This document shows positions 1-9,346 of a stretch of DNA of 64,000 nucleotides, piece by piece. How positions within the stretch are numbered: the first letter of the stretch is position 1; each line of letters starts with the position of its first letter. Made by a program: the position numbers and the translations under genes. Source of the DNA: Acidobacteriota bacterium (GTDB lineage Bacteria > Acidobacteriota > UBA6911 > RPQK01 > CBDBID01); NCBI GenBank assembly GCA_965205565.1, contig CBDBID010000037.1:22547-86546 (forward strand). The letters run 5' to 3'. The notes below the pieces were generated by a model. The model was not told the origin of the DNA. It ran no database searches and saw nothing but the letters and a program-made list of their open reading frames with translations.

Positions 1-417
1 CCGGCCTTCCATGGTGGTAGCCTTGATCGCAATGTGGCTCGTCTTCACATACAAGACCCTGGCCAGATTGGCCTTCATGGCATCCACATGCGTTACAATT
101 CGGGGCTCCTCCGCCACTACCGTGACGTCCACGTTACCCACTTTGTAACCTTTGCCTCGTACCAGCCGGTAGACCTTCTCGAGGATCAGCAAACTGGAAA
201 CATCGCGGTAACGAGGGTCGGTATCCGGAAAATAGCTACCGATGTCCCTCAGGCCGGTGGCGCCCAGCAGCGCATCGGCTACCGCATGAACGAGTACGTC
301 GGCATCGGAATGGCCCGCCAGACTCCGACCATGAGGGATCTGTACGCCCCCCAGCATCAGCCGCCCACCCGGTTGAAAAGGGTGAAAGTCGTATCCGAGA
401 CCCACTCGGTATTTCAC
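1..417 (-). CDS. ispF: 2-C-methyl-D-erythritol 2,4-cyclodiphosphate synthase (3' end outside window)
   Basis: Not in ORF track; manual translation from GTG at 417 gives MKYRVGLGYDFHPF...GHSDADVLVHAVADALLGA...DIGSYFPDTD...IKATTMEG; follows ispD. Confidence 0.95.
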   Translation of the reverse strand, partial: MKYRVGLGYDFHPFQPGGRLMLGGVQIPHGRSLAGHSDADVLVHAVADALLGATGLRDIGSYFPDTDPRYRDVSSLLILEKVYRLVRGKGYKVGNVDVTVVAEEPRIVTHVDAMKANLARVLYVKTSHIAIKATTMEGR

Positions 418-488
418 GGTTGCATCCCTCCGAAACGACGAGGCACCCTGGTCCCGGGCCTACCTGCATAGTCGGGACGGACTCGCGA

Positions 489-1151
489 TCAGTCGATGGT
501 CGGAGGCTCATTGAGATCGCCCGGCCAGGTGATCTTCACATTGGTCACATCCCCTCCCACCACGAAGACGGGGCTTCCGAGGCGTTCCACCAGGACGGCC
601 TCGTCGGTCCCATAAAACCGGTCTCGGAGACTGCGGTGAAGCGCCTTCTTCAAGAGATCCATTTCGAATCCTTGGGGGGTCTGGATCAGACGAAGCCGAT
701 CCCGATCCACGGTCTTGACGACCCGTTCCCCCTCCACTTCCTTTACCGTCTCACCGATCGGAAGGGCGGGGACACAGGCTCCGAATCGCCCGGCGCCCTC
801 AATGACTCTTTGAATCAACCCACTAGAGACGAACGGCCGGACCGCATCGTGAACCAGAACCGTTTTCACCCTGGCAGACAACCGGCACAGGCCTTTTCGA
901 GAGGAATCCTGGCGGTGCGCTCCGCCCGCGACGACGACCAGTTTTCCGGACCTGAAACGACCCTCCAGTTGCGTTTGGACCGTCTCTTTCCAGTCCCGCG
1001 GAACGACTACGACCGCCTCTGATACGAGGGGCAGAAACGGCTGCAAAGAGTGCAAATAAAGGGGTTTCCCTTCTCTCAACAGAAACTGTTTTGGTACGGG
1101 AGAATCAATGCGGGAACCCGCGCCGGCCGCCACCAGGACCAATCCAACCAA
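489..1151 (-). CDS. ispD: 2-C-methyl-D-erythritol 4-phosphate cytidylyltransferase
   Basis: AAGAGSR, PKQF, VLVHDAVRP, QTPQGF, TDEA, NVKITWPGD motifs. Confidence 0.95.
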   Translation of the reverse strand: MVGLVLVAAGAGSRIDSPVPKQFLLREGKPLYLHSLQPFLPLVSEAVVVVPRDWKETVQTQLEGRFRSGKLVVVAGGAHRQDSSRKGLCRLSARVKTVLVHDAVRPFVSSGLIQRVIEGAGRFGACVPALPIGETVKEVEGERVVKTVDRDRLRLIQTPQGFEMDLLKKALHRSLRDRFYGTDEAVLVERLGSPVFVVGGDVTNVKITWPGDLNEPPTID

Positions 1152-1250
1152 TTCGTGTCACCCGCGCTCGATTGTACCCATACCGGCCCAGCCCCTCCGA
1201 TGTCATCTGGAAGATGCCCACCTCGCAGTGTTCCCCGTCAGTGACGAACC

Positions 1251-2672
1251 CTATATCTCGCGGGCCAGGTTCTCGAACTTCGTCCAGGGTTCAATGAAGA
1301 CCAGTTTGATAACACCGGTGGGACCGTTGCGCTGCTTGCCGATGATGATCTGCGCCACCCCCTCTTCGTCTCCCACATCCTCGGTCTTCTTGTACAGATC
1401 CTCCCGGTAGATAAACAGCACCACATCGGCGTCCTGTTCGATGGATCCGGATTCTCGCAGATCGGAGAGCTGGGGTCGGTGATCGCCCCGACGCTGTTCG
1501 GGAGCCCGGCTAAGCTGGGACAAAGCGATGACGGGCACGTCCAGTTCTTTGGCCAGCCCCTTCAGAGAACGGCTGATGGCCGAGATCTCCTGCTGGCGAT
1601 TTTCATAGCGGACCCGGGAACCACTGCTACCCCCCATCAGCTGGAGATAGTCCACGATCAATAGATCCAGACCCTTCTCGGCTTTGAGCCGGCGAGCCTT
1701 GGAGCGCATCTCAATGATGGAGAGTCCCGCCGAGTCGTCCAGGTAGATGAGGGCTTGCGACAGCTTGCTCATCCCTCCGGCCACTCGTTGCCAATCCTCC
1801 TTGGACAGGTACCCGGATCGTAATTTATGGCCATCGATTCGAGCCTGCGCACAGAGTAGCCGAATCACCAGCTGCTGGGCGGCCATCTCCAAACTAAACA
1901 CGCCCACCACCTTCTTTTCTTCGACGGCAGCGTGCTGAGCGATATTCAGGGCCAGGCTAGTCTTGCCCAGTCCCGGTCGAGCCGCCAGGATGATCAGGTC
2001 AGAGCACTGCAATCCCGAGGTGAGGCGGTCCAAGTCGATGAAACCGGTGGAGATGCCGGTGACGACATCTTTGAGCTCGTGAAGTGACTGCATGTGCTTG
2101 TAGGTGTCGGGAAGCAGATCACTCAAGCTTACAAAGCCGCCCTGTATCTTTTCCTGGCTGATTTCGAAGATGGCCTTCTCGGCCTGTTCCAGCAGAGTGA
2201 GCGGCTCCTCCTCATCGGAAAAGCTTCGGACCACGATTTCATTGGCGGAATGGATCAGTTTTCGCAGCAGGGATTTCTCTTTGACGATGCGGGCATAGTG
2301 GTCGATATTGGAGAGGCGGGGAACCCCATCCAGAAGCGAGGCGACGTAGGCTACGCCTCCCACCGATTCCAGCTGGTTGTCCCTCTCCAAAACCTCCCGC
2401 AACATGAGCAGGTCCATGGCTTTCGAGACGGAAGCCAGAGCCACCATCTTGGAGAAAATCTTCTGGTGTCCCCCCAGATAGAAATCGCTTTCGGTCAGAA
2501 TCTCGGCCGCTTGGTCGAAAACGCTGTTCTCCAAGAGGATGGCACCCAGAACGGCCCGCTCCGCTTCCAAGCTGTGCGGCAGGCTCTTTTGCAAGTGCAC
2601 CGCGACTTCTGGTGAGTTGCTGAAGATGAGGGACTTCTCGTCAGAAGGGGGGCTCATATTGGAAACACCCAC
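1251..2672 (-). CDS. dnaB: Replicative DNA helicase
   Basis: PHSLEAERAVLG, AARPGLGKT, IVDYLQL, LSQLSR, LSDLRESGSIEQDAD, KQRNGPTG; start may be ATG at 2657. Confidence 0.97.
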   Translation of the reverse strand: MGVSNMSPPSDEKSLIFSNSPEVAVHLQKSLPHSLEAERAVLGAILLENSVFDQAAEILTESDFYLGGHQKIFSKMVALASVSKAMDLLMLREVLERDNQLESVGGVAYVASLLDGVPRLSNIDHYARIVKEKSLLRKLIHSANEIVVRSFSDEEEPLTLLEQAEKAIFEISQEKIQGGFVSLSDLLPDTYKHMQSLHELKDVVTGISTGFIDLDRLTSGLQCSDLIILAARPGLGKTSLALNIAQHAAVEEKKVVGVFSLEMAAQQLVIRLLCAQARIDGHKLRSGYLSKEDWQRVAGGMSKLSQALIYLDDSAGLSIIEMRSKARRLKAEKGLDLLIVDYLQLMGGSSGSRVRYENRQQEISAISRSLKGLAKELDVPVIALSQLSRAPEQRRGDHRPQLSDLRESGSIEQDADVVLFIYREDLYKKTEDVGDEEGVAQIIIGKQRNGPTGVIKLVFIEPWTKFENLAREI

Positions 2673-2736
2673 CGACCCATCCCGAAATTTCCGTAGCCGC
2701 TAAAAACGGATTCGCGGAGACTGGCCCAGGCGGGCA

Positions 2737-3390
2737 TCATCCTGTTTCCGGGGTAGGTTCCTTTTCTTCGTTTTGGGGCTGCTCTCCGCTGGTTGCTTCC
2801 GGTTCCTGCGGCTTTTGGGCGTCAGCCAACTTTTCCGCCTGCTGCAGCACGTTTTCCAGTTCCTGAACAATCTGCTGGCTTTCTTCATTCTTCGTGAGCA
2901 CGCGGGTGACCGTTTCTTCCTTTTCCTCCGTCACCGATACCAGCAATTCCGAATGGACTTCCGTGTGAGGATGAACGGGAACGTTGAAGTTGCCAATCTT
3001 CTTGATTGGGAGCTCGAGAAGGATCTTGCGTCGATCCAACCGGATGCCCTGCTGGGCGAGCAGATCACCCACGTCTTTCGCCGTTACGGAACCGAAGAGC
3101 AGGCCCGTCTCCCCCGCTTTCCGGCTGAAAACCAGATGCAGGCGATCCAATTCCTGGACTAACAATTGAGCTTCTTCCTTGTATTTGACTTCTCGTTTGA
3201 CAGCAACCAGGCGCTGCTGCTCAACCATCTTCAGGTTGCCTGGCGTGACTGGCATAGCCAATTGTTTGGGAATGAGATAGTTGCGCCCATAACCCTTCGC
3301 CACTTGCACCACCTGGCCCCGCTTGCCAAGTTCCTGCACATCGCCCACCAGGATAACCTTACATCGGCTCTTCTTCTCCGGATGTCTCAT
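2737..3390 (-). CDS. rplI: 50S ribosomal protein L9 with acidic C-terminal extension
   Basis: [28 protein letters not shown] motifs; follows rpsR. Confidence 0.95.
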   Translation of the reverse strand: MRHPEKKSRCKVILVGDVQELGKRGQVVQVAKGYGRNYLIPKQLAMPVTPGNLKMVEQQRLVAVKREVKYKEEAQLLVQELDRLHLVFSRKAGETGLLFGSVTAKDVGDLLAQQGIRLDRRKILLELPIKKIGNFNVPVHPHTEVHSELLVSVTEEKEETVTRVLTKNEESQQIVQELENVLQQAEKLADAQKPQEPEATSGEQPQNEEKEPTPETG

Positions 3391-3599
3391 TCCGTGGTAT
3401 AGGGCAGCAAGGCCAGATGCCGAGCGATCTTGATGGCCCGATTCAAACGCCGCTGGTGGCGAGAGCAGACGCCGGAGATGCGGCGAGGGGTGATCTTCCC
3501 GCGTTCCGGAACGTACTGATTCAAGGACCGGACATCCTTGTAATCGATATGTTCCACCTTGTCCGCACAGAACTTACAGAACTTCCGCGTTCTGGCCAT
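3387..3599 (-). CDS. rpsR: 30S ribosomal protein S18 (zinc-binding form)
   Basis: CKFC, IDYKD, ERGKI.PRRISG.C..HQR, AIK.AR.LALLPY. Confidence 0.97.
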   Translation of the reverse strand: MARTRKFCKFCADKVEHIDYKDVRSLNQYVPERGKITPRRISGVCSRHQRRLNRAIKIARHLALLPYTTE

Positions 3600-3603
3600 C
3601 GCG

Positions 3604-3981
3604 TTACTCCTTGCCGATCCCCACCTTCTGCCGTCGCTGTCGAGGGGGGCGTTTTTCTTTCTTTTTCTTCGCCTTCTCAGCCCGCTTCAAATCCAAATCC
3701 GTGCGAACGGTCAAAAAGCGGATCACGGAGTCGGTGACTTTGAAGCGTCTTTCCAATTCCCTAACCGCCTGAGCCGCTGGCTCTTCCAAGGTCACCACCA
3801 CATAGTAGCCCTCGGTATGCTTCTTGACGGGGAAGGCCAATTTCCGTTTTCCCCACTTATCCACACCCACGATGCTGGCGCCCTCTTGCTGGGCTGCTTG
3901 GGTGAAGGTAGCGATATTCTGCTCGATCTCTTCTTCCGACAAACTCGGCGCCAACGTAAAAACGACCTCATAGCTTCTCAT
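3604..3981 (-). CDS. rpsF: 30S ribosomal protein S6
   Basis: [24 protein letters not shown]. Confidence 0.96.
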   Translation of the reverse strand: MRSYEVVFTLAPSLSEEEIEQNIATFTQAAQQEGASIVGVDKWGKRKLAFPVKKHTEGYYVVVTLEEPAAQAVRELERRFKVTDSVIRFLTVRTDLDLKRAEKAKKKKEKRPPRQRRQKVGIGKE

Positions 3982-4012
3982 GACAGCTCGCTCCTAGATC
4001 GGGAAGGTTCAC

Positions 4013-4021
4013 ATTCTAGCA
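4013..4021 (-). promoter_or_regulatory. Extended -10 promoter element (TGcTAGAAT) for rpsF-rpsR-rplI
   Basis: Minus strand reads TGCTAGAAT ~30 nt upstream of the rpsF ATG, with an AGGAG RBS between. Confidence 0.5.
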
Positions 4022-4063
4022 TAGGATAGGGCACGGCGGAGCCGTTTGTCCCGCGGCCATCCC

Positions 4064-6073
4064 TCACACCAGAAGTGGGGCGATGACGAGAGAAACAATC
4101 GACATCAGTTTGATGAGAATATTCATGGACGGTCCGCTAGTGTCCTTGAAGGGATCGCCTACCGTATCCCCAACCACGGCGGCTTTATGTGGCTCGGAGC
4201 CCTTCCCACCCAGATAGCCTTCCTCGATGCGTTTCTTGGCGTTGTCCCAGGCTCCACCGGCGTTGGCCATAAAGAGAGCCAGCAGGACACCCGTCAGGGT
4301 AGCACCAGCCAGCATCCCCCCCAAGGCCTCTGGGCCGAGACCGAAGCCAACCACAACGGGGGTTATCACCGCGGTCAGGCCCGGCAAGACCATCTCTCTC
4401 AAGGCGGCCCGGGTAGAGATGTCGACACATCGGGCCGTATCCGGCCTGGCTTTGCCCTCCATCAGTCCGGGGATGTCGCGAAACTGGCGCCGCACCTCTT
4501 CGACCATACTGATGGCCGCTTTGCCGACCGAGGACATGGTCCGGTCGGCAATGAAGAAGGGGAGGATGCCTCCGATGAACAGGCCCACCACGACCGTTGG
4601 ATCGATCAGATCCAGGGAAGGCAAACCAACCGTCTGGGTGTAGGCGGAGAACAGAGCCAGGGCAGTCAAAGCCGCCGAGCCAATGGCAAAGCCCTTTCCG
4701 ATGGCCGCCGTGGTATTCCCCAAAGAATCCAGAGCGTCGGTGACCCGCCGTGTCTCCGGTCCCAGCCCACTCATTTCAGAAATGCCGCCGGCGTTGTCGG
4801 CGATGGGCCCGTAGGCATCGACGGACATCGTGATCCCCACGGTGGCCAGCATGCCCACGGCGGCAATTCCGATCCCGTACAAGCCAGCATAGTTGAAAGC
4901 GATCAGGATCGTTCCGGCGATGGTGAGCACCGGCAGAGCCGTGGATTGCATGCCCACAGCCAACCCGGCGATGATATTGGTGGCGACCCCGGTTTTGCAG
5001 GCGTCTGCAATCTTCTCAATGGGCTGCCCGGAGGTGTACCACTCGGTTAGGAGTCCTATGACAATGCCCGCAATGGTACCGAACAGGAGCGCGAAGAAGA
5101 TACCGATCTCCAGCCCCAGCAGCTCCACCGTTAAAAAGGCCCCGATCAGGAGCAGTGCGGCACTGACATAGGTGGAGTTCCTCAGAGCGGCGGCAGGTCC
5201 CAGGTTTCGAAACACGCGTATCGATGCGATACCGATGAGGGACGCAATGAGTCCCAGAGCCGCGATAAACAGGGGAAGCGACATATAGGAGAACTGGTTG
5301 TCTGGACGAATCTCCAGTACCTTGGAAGCGCCCATAGCGGCGATGGCGATCGTGGCCACCACGGAACCGACGTAACTTTCGAAAATGTCGGCGCCCATCC
5401 CCGCCGTGTCTCCCACACAGTCTCCTACGTTGTCGGCAATAGTGGCCGGGTTGCGCGGGTCATCCTCCGGGATCCCAGCCTCTACTTTTCCCACCAGGTC
5501 GGCTCCCACGTCCGCCGTTTTCGTGTAGATACCTCCCCCCACGCGGGCAAACAGTGCGATGGAGCTGGCGCCCATGGCAAAGCCGTTGATATCACTGCTT
5601 TGAAGAATTCCCCGGGTGTAGAGAATGTAGATCGTGCCCAGTCCCACCAGTCCCAGACTGGCCACGGAGAGGCCCATGACCGCCCCTCCCGAGAAGGCCA
5701 CGTTCAAGGCCTTGGCAATCCCCGACTCGTTGGCGGCCTGGCAAGTCCTCACATTGGCTCGAGTGGCGGCCTTCATTCCCCAGAAGCCGGCCAGCATCGA
5801 GCTCAAAGCTCCGATCAGAAAGGCCAGCCCGGTCCACTTGGAGATGCCGGCCCACAGCAGCACGAAGACGATCAAGACAAAGCAGGCGAGGATGCTGTAT
5901 TCTCTGCGTAGAAAGACCATGGCTCCATCGTGGATGGCCTGTGAGATCTCGCGCATGGTTGGGTTGGATACTTCGATTTTTTTTATGAATGCATAAACCA
6001 GCGCCGCACACATCAGTCCAACCAGTCCCACCGCGGGCAACAGATAGATGTAGGTCGTCATTTCTGATGGCAT
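4064..6073 (-). CDS. hppA: Membrane-bound K+-stimulated, probably Na+-translocating pyrophosphatase
   Basis: [36 protein letters not shown] (Ala = K+-dependent), [20 protein letters not shown]. Confidence 0.95.
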   Translation of the reverse strand: MPSEMTTYIYLLPAVGLVGLMCAALVYAFIKKIEVSNPTMREISQAIHDGAMVFLRREYSILACFVLIVFVLLWAGISKWTGLAFLIGALSSMLAGFWGMKAATRANVRTCQAANESGIAKALNVAFSGGAVMGLSVASLGLVGLGTIYILYTRGILQSSDINGFAMGASSIALFARVGGGIYTKTADVGADLVGKVEAGIPEDDPRNPATIADNVGDCVGDTAGMGADIFESYVGSVVATIAIAAMGASKVLEIRPDNQFSYMSLPLFIAALGLIASLIGIASIRVFRNLGPAAALRNSTYVSAALLLIGAFLTVELLGLEIGIFFALLFGTIAGIVIGLLTEWYTSGQPIEKIADACKTGVATNIIAGLAVGMQSTALPVLTIAGTILIAFNYAGLYGIGIAAVGMLATVGITMSVDAYGPIADNAGGISEMSGLGPETRRVTDALDSLGNTTAAIGKGFAIGSAALTALALFSAYTQTVGLPSLDLIDPTVVVGLFIGGILPFFIADRTMSSVGKAAISMVEEVRRQFRDIPGLMEGKARPDTARCVDISTRAALREMVLPGLTAVITPVVVGFGLGPEALGGMLAGATLTGVLLALFMANAGGAWDNAKKRIEEGYLGGKGSEPHKAAVVGDTVGDPFKDTSGPSMNILIKLMSIVSLVIAPLLV

Positions 6074-6091
6074 CCTTCCTTCGGACGAAGA

Positions 6092-6649
6092 TCAGTTAAA
6101 CTCTGCCATGGCTTTACCCAGACCCTCTGACAAAATAGTTTCGGTGGCTCGCAGGGCGTGCTCCAAGACTTCATCCAGGACTTTAGCTTCACTTCGTGGG
6201 AAGTCAGCCAACACATAGGAAGCGTAGTCCAAGGGAGGGTCACCGTGGCGGATTCCGATCCGCAGTCGTGGGATCTCCTGTGTCTGAAGGGTGTCGATAA
6301 TGGACTCCATCCCCTTTTGTCCGCCTGAACTGCCCGCACGCCGTACCCGGATCTTCCCAAGAGGCAGTGCAATGTCATCGTAAACTACCAGCAGTTTCTC
6401 GAGATCGATGTCGTAGCGGCGGACGAGTCCTCCAACCACGGGTCCGCTCCGGTTCATAAAACTCAGAGGTTTGGCCAGAAGAACCGGTTCTTGGAAGTAT
6501 TCGAGAAGGCTGATCTGAGCCTGCTCAATCACGCGGTCGAAGCCCGATTTGTGGCGGCTCGCCATCCGATCCAACAGCACAAACCCGATATTGTGCCGAT
6601 GGTTCTCGAAGCGCGGTCCAGGATTTCCTAGGCCGGTGATCAGATACAC
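6092..6649 (-). CDS. pth: Peptidyl-tRNA hydrolase
   Basis: GLGNPG, RHNIGF, KP.SFMN.SG, YDD, GSSGGQKG, RLRIGI. Confidence 0.96.
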   Translation of the reverse strand: MYLITGLGNPGPRFENHRHNIGFVLLDRMASRHKSGFDRVIEQAQISLLEYFQEPVLLAKPLSFMNRSGPVVGGLVRRYDIDLEKLLVVYDDIALPLGKIRVRRAGSSGGQKGMESIIDTLQTQEIPRLRIGIRHGDPPLDYASYVLADFPRSEAKVLDEVLEHALRATETILSEGLGKAMAEFN

Positions 6650-6656
6650 CGCGGGG

Positions 6657-7319
6657 CTACTCCTGCTCCGCCTCCCCCTCTTCCTCCTCTTCCTTGCCCT
6701 TGGCGATGACTTCCGGCTCGGCAGCTTCCTCTTCCGCCACCTCTTCTTCGACTTCCTCGACGTGCGGCGGGATCACGGTTGCGACCACCAGATCCGGCTC
6801 AGAAAGAACCTCAACCTTTGCATCTCCCAGCCGGAGATCCTCCACGCGGATCGAGTCTCCTACTTCCAGAGGGGTGACATCCACAGCGATATGGTCGGGC
6901 AGATCTCCGGGGAGGCATTCCAGCTCGATCTCCCTCAACACCAAGTCGAGCACTCCGCCGACAACCTTCACTCCTTCAGGAACGCCTTCAATCTGGACGG
7001 GGACCTCGAACACCATCTTCTCATCCATGACCACCGTCTGAAAATCGGCATGTAGCAAGTCGTCTCGGACTGGGTGCAGCTGGAATTCCTTGACCAACAC
7101 ATCCTGCTCGCTCCCCTCGACCTGCAGCTTGAAGATGGTGTTGCGGCCGCTCTCGGAATGAAGGATGCGAATCACTTCCTTGGGGTCGACGCTCAGCGAG
7201 ACCGAATCTTGCCCACGCCCGTAGACAACGGCCGGGATCCTTCCGTCCGCTCTGAGGCGGCGGTTGGCATTTTTCCCATAGGCCTCTCGCCGCGTTGCCT
7301 GCATGCTAAGTTGGGGCAT
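6657..7319 (-). CDS. rplY: 50S ribosomal protein L25/Ctc (long form)
   Basis: RRLR..GRIPAVVYG, Q.HPV, HADF, GVK.GG, acidic tail EPEVIAKGK. Confidence 0.95.
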   Translation of the reverse strand: MPQLSMQATRREAYGKNANRRLRADGRIPAVVYGRGQDSVSLSVDPKEVIRILHSESGRNTIFKLQVEGSEQDVLVKEFQLHPVRDDLLHADFQTVVMDEKMVFEVPVQIEGVPEGVKVVGGVLDLVLREIELECLPGDLPDHIAVDVTPLEVGDSIRVEDLRLGDAKVEVLSEPDLVVATVIPPHVEEVEEEVAEEEAAEPEVIAKGKEEEEEGEAEQE

Positions 7320-7359
7320 CTCTCAGGTCTCCAATGTAATGAAAGCTTCGGTTGGACCT

Positions 7360-8295
7360 TCAAATAAAGAGTCTGCTCACCGAGGTTTCCTCGTGGATGG
7401 ATCGGATCGCCTCCCCCAGAAGCGCTGCCACGGACAGGACCTTTAATTTTGAAAGCTGTTTTTCTTTCTGCAGCGCCACGGTATTGGTGACGAGAATGGT
7501 TTCAAAATTGGACTCCGCCAAGCGACCGATGGCAGGCCCGGACAAGACGGCGTGAGTAGCCACCACCCACAGACGCCGGGCGCCCTGTCGCCGCAGCGCA
7601 TCCGTGGCCTGCACCACGGTCCCGGCCGTATCAATCATGTCGTCTACAAGAATCACGTCGCGGCCATCGACATCGCCAATGATGTTCATGACCGCTGCTT
7701 CATTGTCGTCAACTCTTCTCTTGTCGATGATGGCCAAGGTGGCCTGCATGCGTTTGGCGTAGGCCCGAGCCCTTTCCACTCCACCTGCATCGGGAGAGAC
7801 AATGGCCGGCCGCTCAAATTGCACCTGGGTGAGATAGTCGAGGATAACCGGTGTGGCAAACAGATGATCTACCGGCATGTTGAAAAACCCCTGGATCTGC
7901 CCGGCATGCAAATCCATGGTTAGAAGCCGCTGGGCTCCGGCCGCTGACAACAAGTCGCCCACCAGTTTCGAGGAGATCGGGACCCTGGGCTTGTCCTTCC
8001 GATCCTGGCGGCCGTAGCCGTAGTAGGGAAGGACCGCCGTAATGCGCCGTGCCGAGGACCTCTTGAAGGCGTCGATCATGATCAACAGTTCCACCAGATT
8101 CTCGTTCACGGGCGGGCAGGTCGGCTGGATGATGAACGCGTCCTTTCCGCGAACGTTTTCCAGAATCTGGAAATTCACCTCACCATCGCTGAACCGCTTC
8201 AGTCTCGACTGCCCCAGCGGCTCTTCCAGATGGCTGCTAATTGCTGCGGCCAGTTCCGGATTGGCGCTACCGGAGAATATTTTCAAATTCGACAT
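7360..8295 (-). CDS. prs: Ribose-phosphate pyrophosphokinase
   Basis: FSDGE, PYYGYGRQDRK, DLHAGQIQGFF, SPDAGG, VDDMIDTAGT. Confidence 0.97.
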   Translation of the reverse strand: MSNLKIFSGSANPELAAAISSHLEEPLGQSRLKRFSDGEVNFQILENVRGKDAFIIQPTCPPVNENLVELLIMIDAFKRSSARRITAVLPYYGYGRQDRKDKPRVPISSKLVGDLLSAAGAQRLLTMDLHAGQIQGFFNMPVDHLFATPVILDYLTQVQFERPAIVSPDAGGVERARAYAKRMQATLAIIDKRRVDDNEAAVMNIIGDVDGRDVILVDDMIDTAGTVVQATDALRRQGARRLWVVATHAVLSGPAIGRLAESNFETILVTNTVALQKEKQLSKLKVLSVAALLGEAIRSIHEETSVSRLFI

Positions 8296-9305
8296 GGGTA
8301 CCAGCCCTCTCGAATTCGGTTCGGTCCCAGCTGCAGGCCGGCTCGGATCAAAAGATTCTCATACTCGTGCTGAGTCAACACACGGCAGGGGAAAACTTCT
8401 CCCCCGCAACCCCCGTCCACAAGCCCTCGCATTCGATCCGACACACCCTCCGTCGGCATCCATCCCAAGAGGGCTGATCCGCTACCGCAGGGTATCACTT
8501 CTTCGCAGCCGGCTTCACTCAATCGCTGACGGGCCTTTTCAAGAGATGGATAGTTTCGAAATAGGGGTGCCTGGAAATCGTTCTCGAGGCCAGCACAACC
8601 CTGCTCAAGGCGCCTGATGGCCTTGTTGAAGAGCCAAATTGTAGTTTCCAAGCCTGTCGCTGTCAATCCCTCCTGGTGCCAGTCATCCCATCCGCCCAGA
8701 CGGTAGGCCGCACCACTGGAAATCTCCCATCCAGGGTAGAGGATCAGCAGGCTCCCGGACAGGGTGGGGGTGGGCAAGGGGATGATCTGCTCTCCCCGAC
8801 CCAATCCTAAAGCGGTTCCACCCAGGAGAAAAAACGGAACGTCCGAGCCCAACCGGGCGGCCAGTCGAGACAGAGTTGCCCGGGTCAGGCCACAGTCCCA
8901 GATTTGATTCAACGCCACCAGTGTGATGGCCGCGTTGCTGGAGCCGCCCCCCAATCCTGCCCCTACGGGAATCCTTTTGAAGAGGCGGATGTGTGCACCC
9001 CAGTTCGGTTGGGCTTTCCTGTCCTCCAGCAACCGAGCCGAACGAACGATAAGATTTTCTTCTCCCCCAGCGACCTGCCGACCCTCGGTATCCAGAGTGA
9101 CCCGTGAGTCGGTGGTGAGCTGGAAATGGATCTGGTCCTGAAGATCAATGGTCTGATAAAGGGTACGCACCTCGTGGTAGCCGTCTTCCCGCCGGCCCAG
9201 GACTTTCAAGATCCAGTTTACTTTGGCGCACGAGGGTACGCGCAATTGCCCAGCCTGCCGCTTCGTCACGTTGTTTGTGAGGTTTGGTTTGGTGTAACGG
9301 GCCAA
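8283..9305 (-). CDS. ispE: 4-diphosphocytidyl-2-C-methyl-D-erythritol kinase
   Basis: AKVN..L.VLGRR.DGYHE, KRIPVGAGLGGGSSNAA, LGSDVPFF, NDF; true start may be slightly downstream. Confidence 0.93.
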   Translation of the reverse strand: MARYTKPNLTNNVTKRQAGQLRVPSCAKVNWILKVLGRREDGYHEVRTLYQTIDLQDQIHFQLTTDSRVTLDTEGRQVAGGEENLIVRSARLLEDRKAQPNWGAHIRLFKRIPVGAGLGGGSSNAAITLVALNQIWDCGLTRATLSRLAARLGSDVPFFLLGGTALGLGRGEQIIPLPTPTLSGSLLILYPGWEISSGAAYRLGGWDDWHQEGLTATGLETTIWLFNKAIRRLEQGCAGLENDFQAPLFRNYPSLEKARQRLSEAGCEEVIPCGSGSALLGWMPTEGVSDRMRGLVDGGCGGEVFPCRVLTQHEYENLLIRAGLQLGPNRIREGWYPCRI

Positions 9306-9346
9306 CTTCGGGGCCCCAGCGGTTGCGAGAACCCATGCCGCGCGTC

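Noticed and set aside
1251..2672. Intein in DnaB or TerL
   Set aside because: Normal lengths with contiguous motifs.
4046..5050. Long antisense ORFs (also 21245-22180, 52128-53024, 55485-56513, 57797-58675)
   Set aside because: Shadow frames of well-supported genes in GC-rich DNA.
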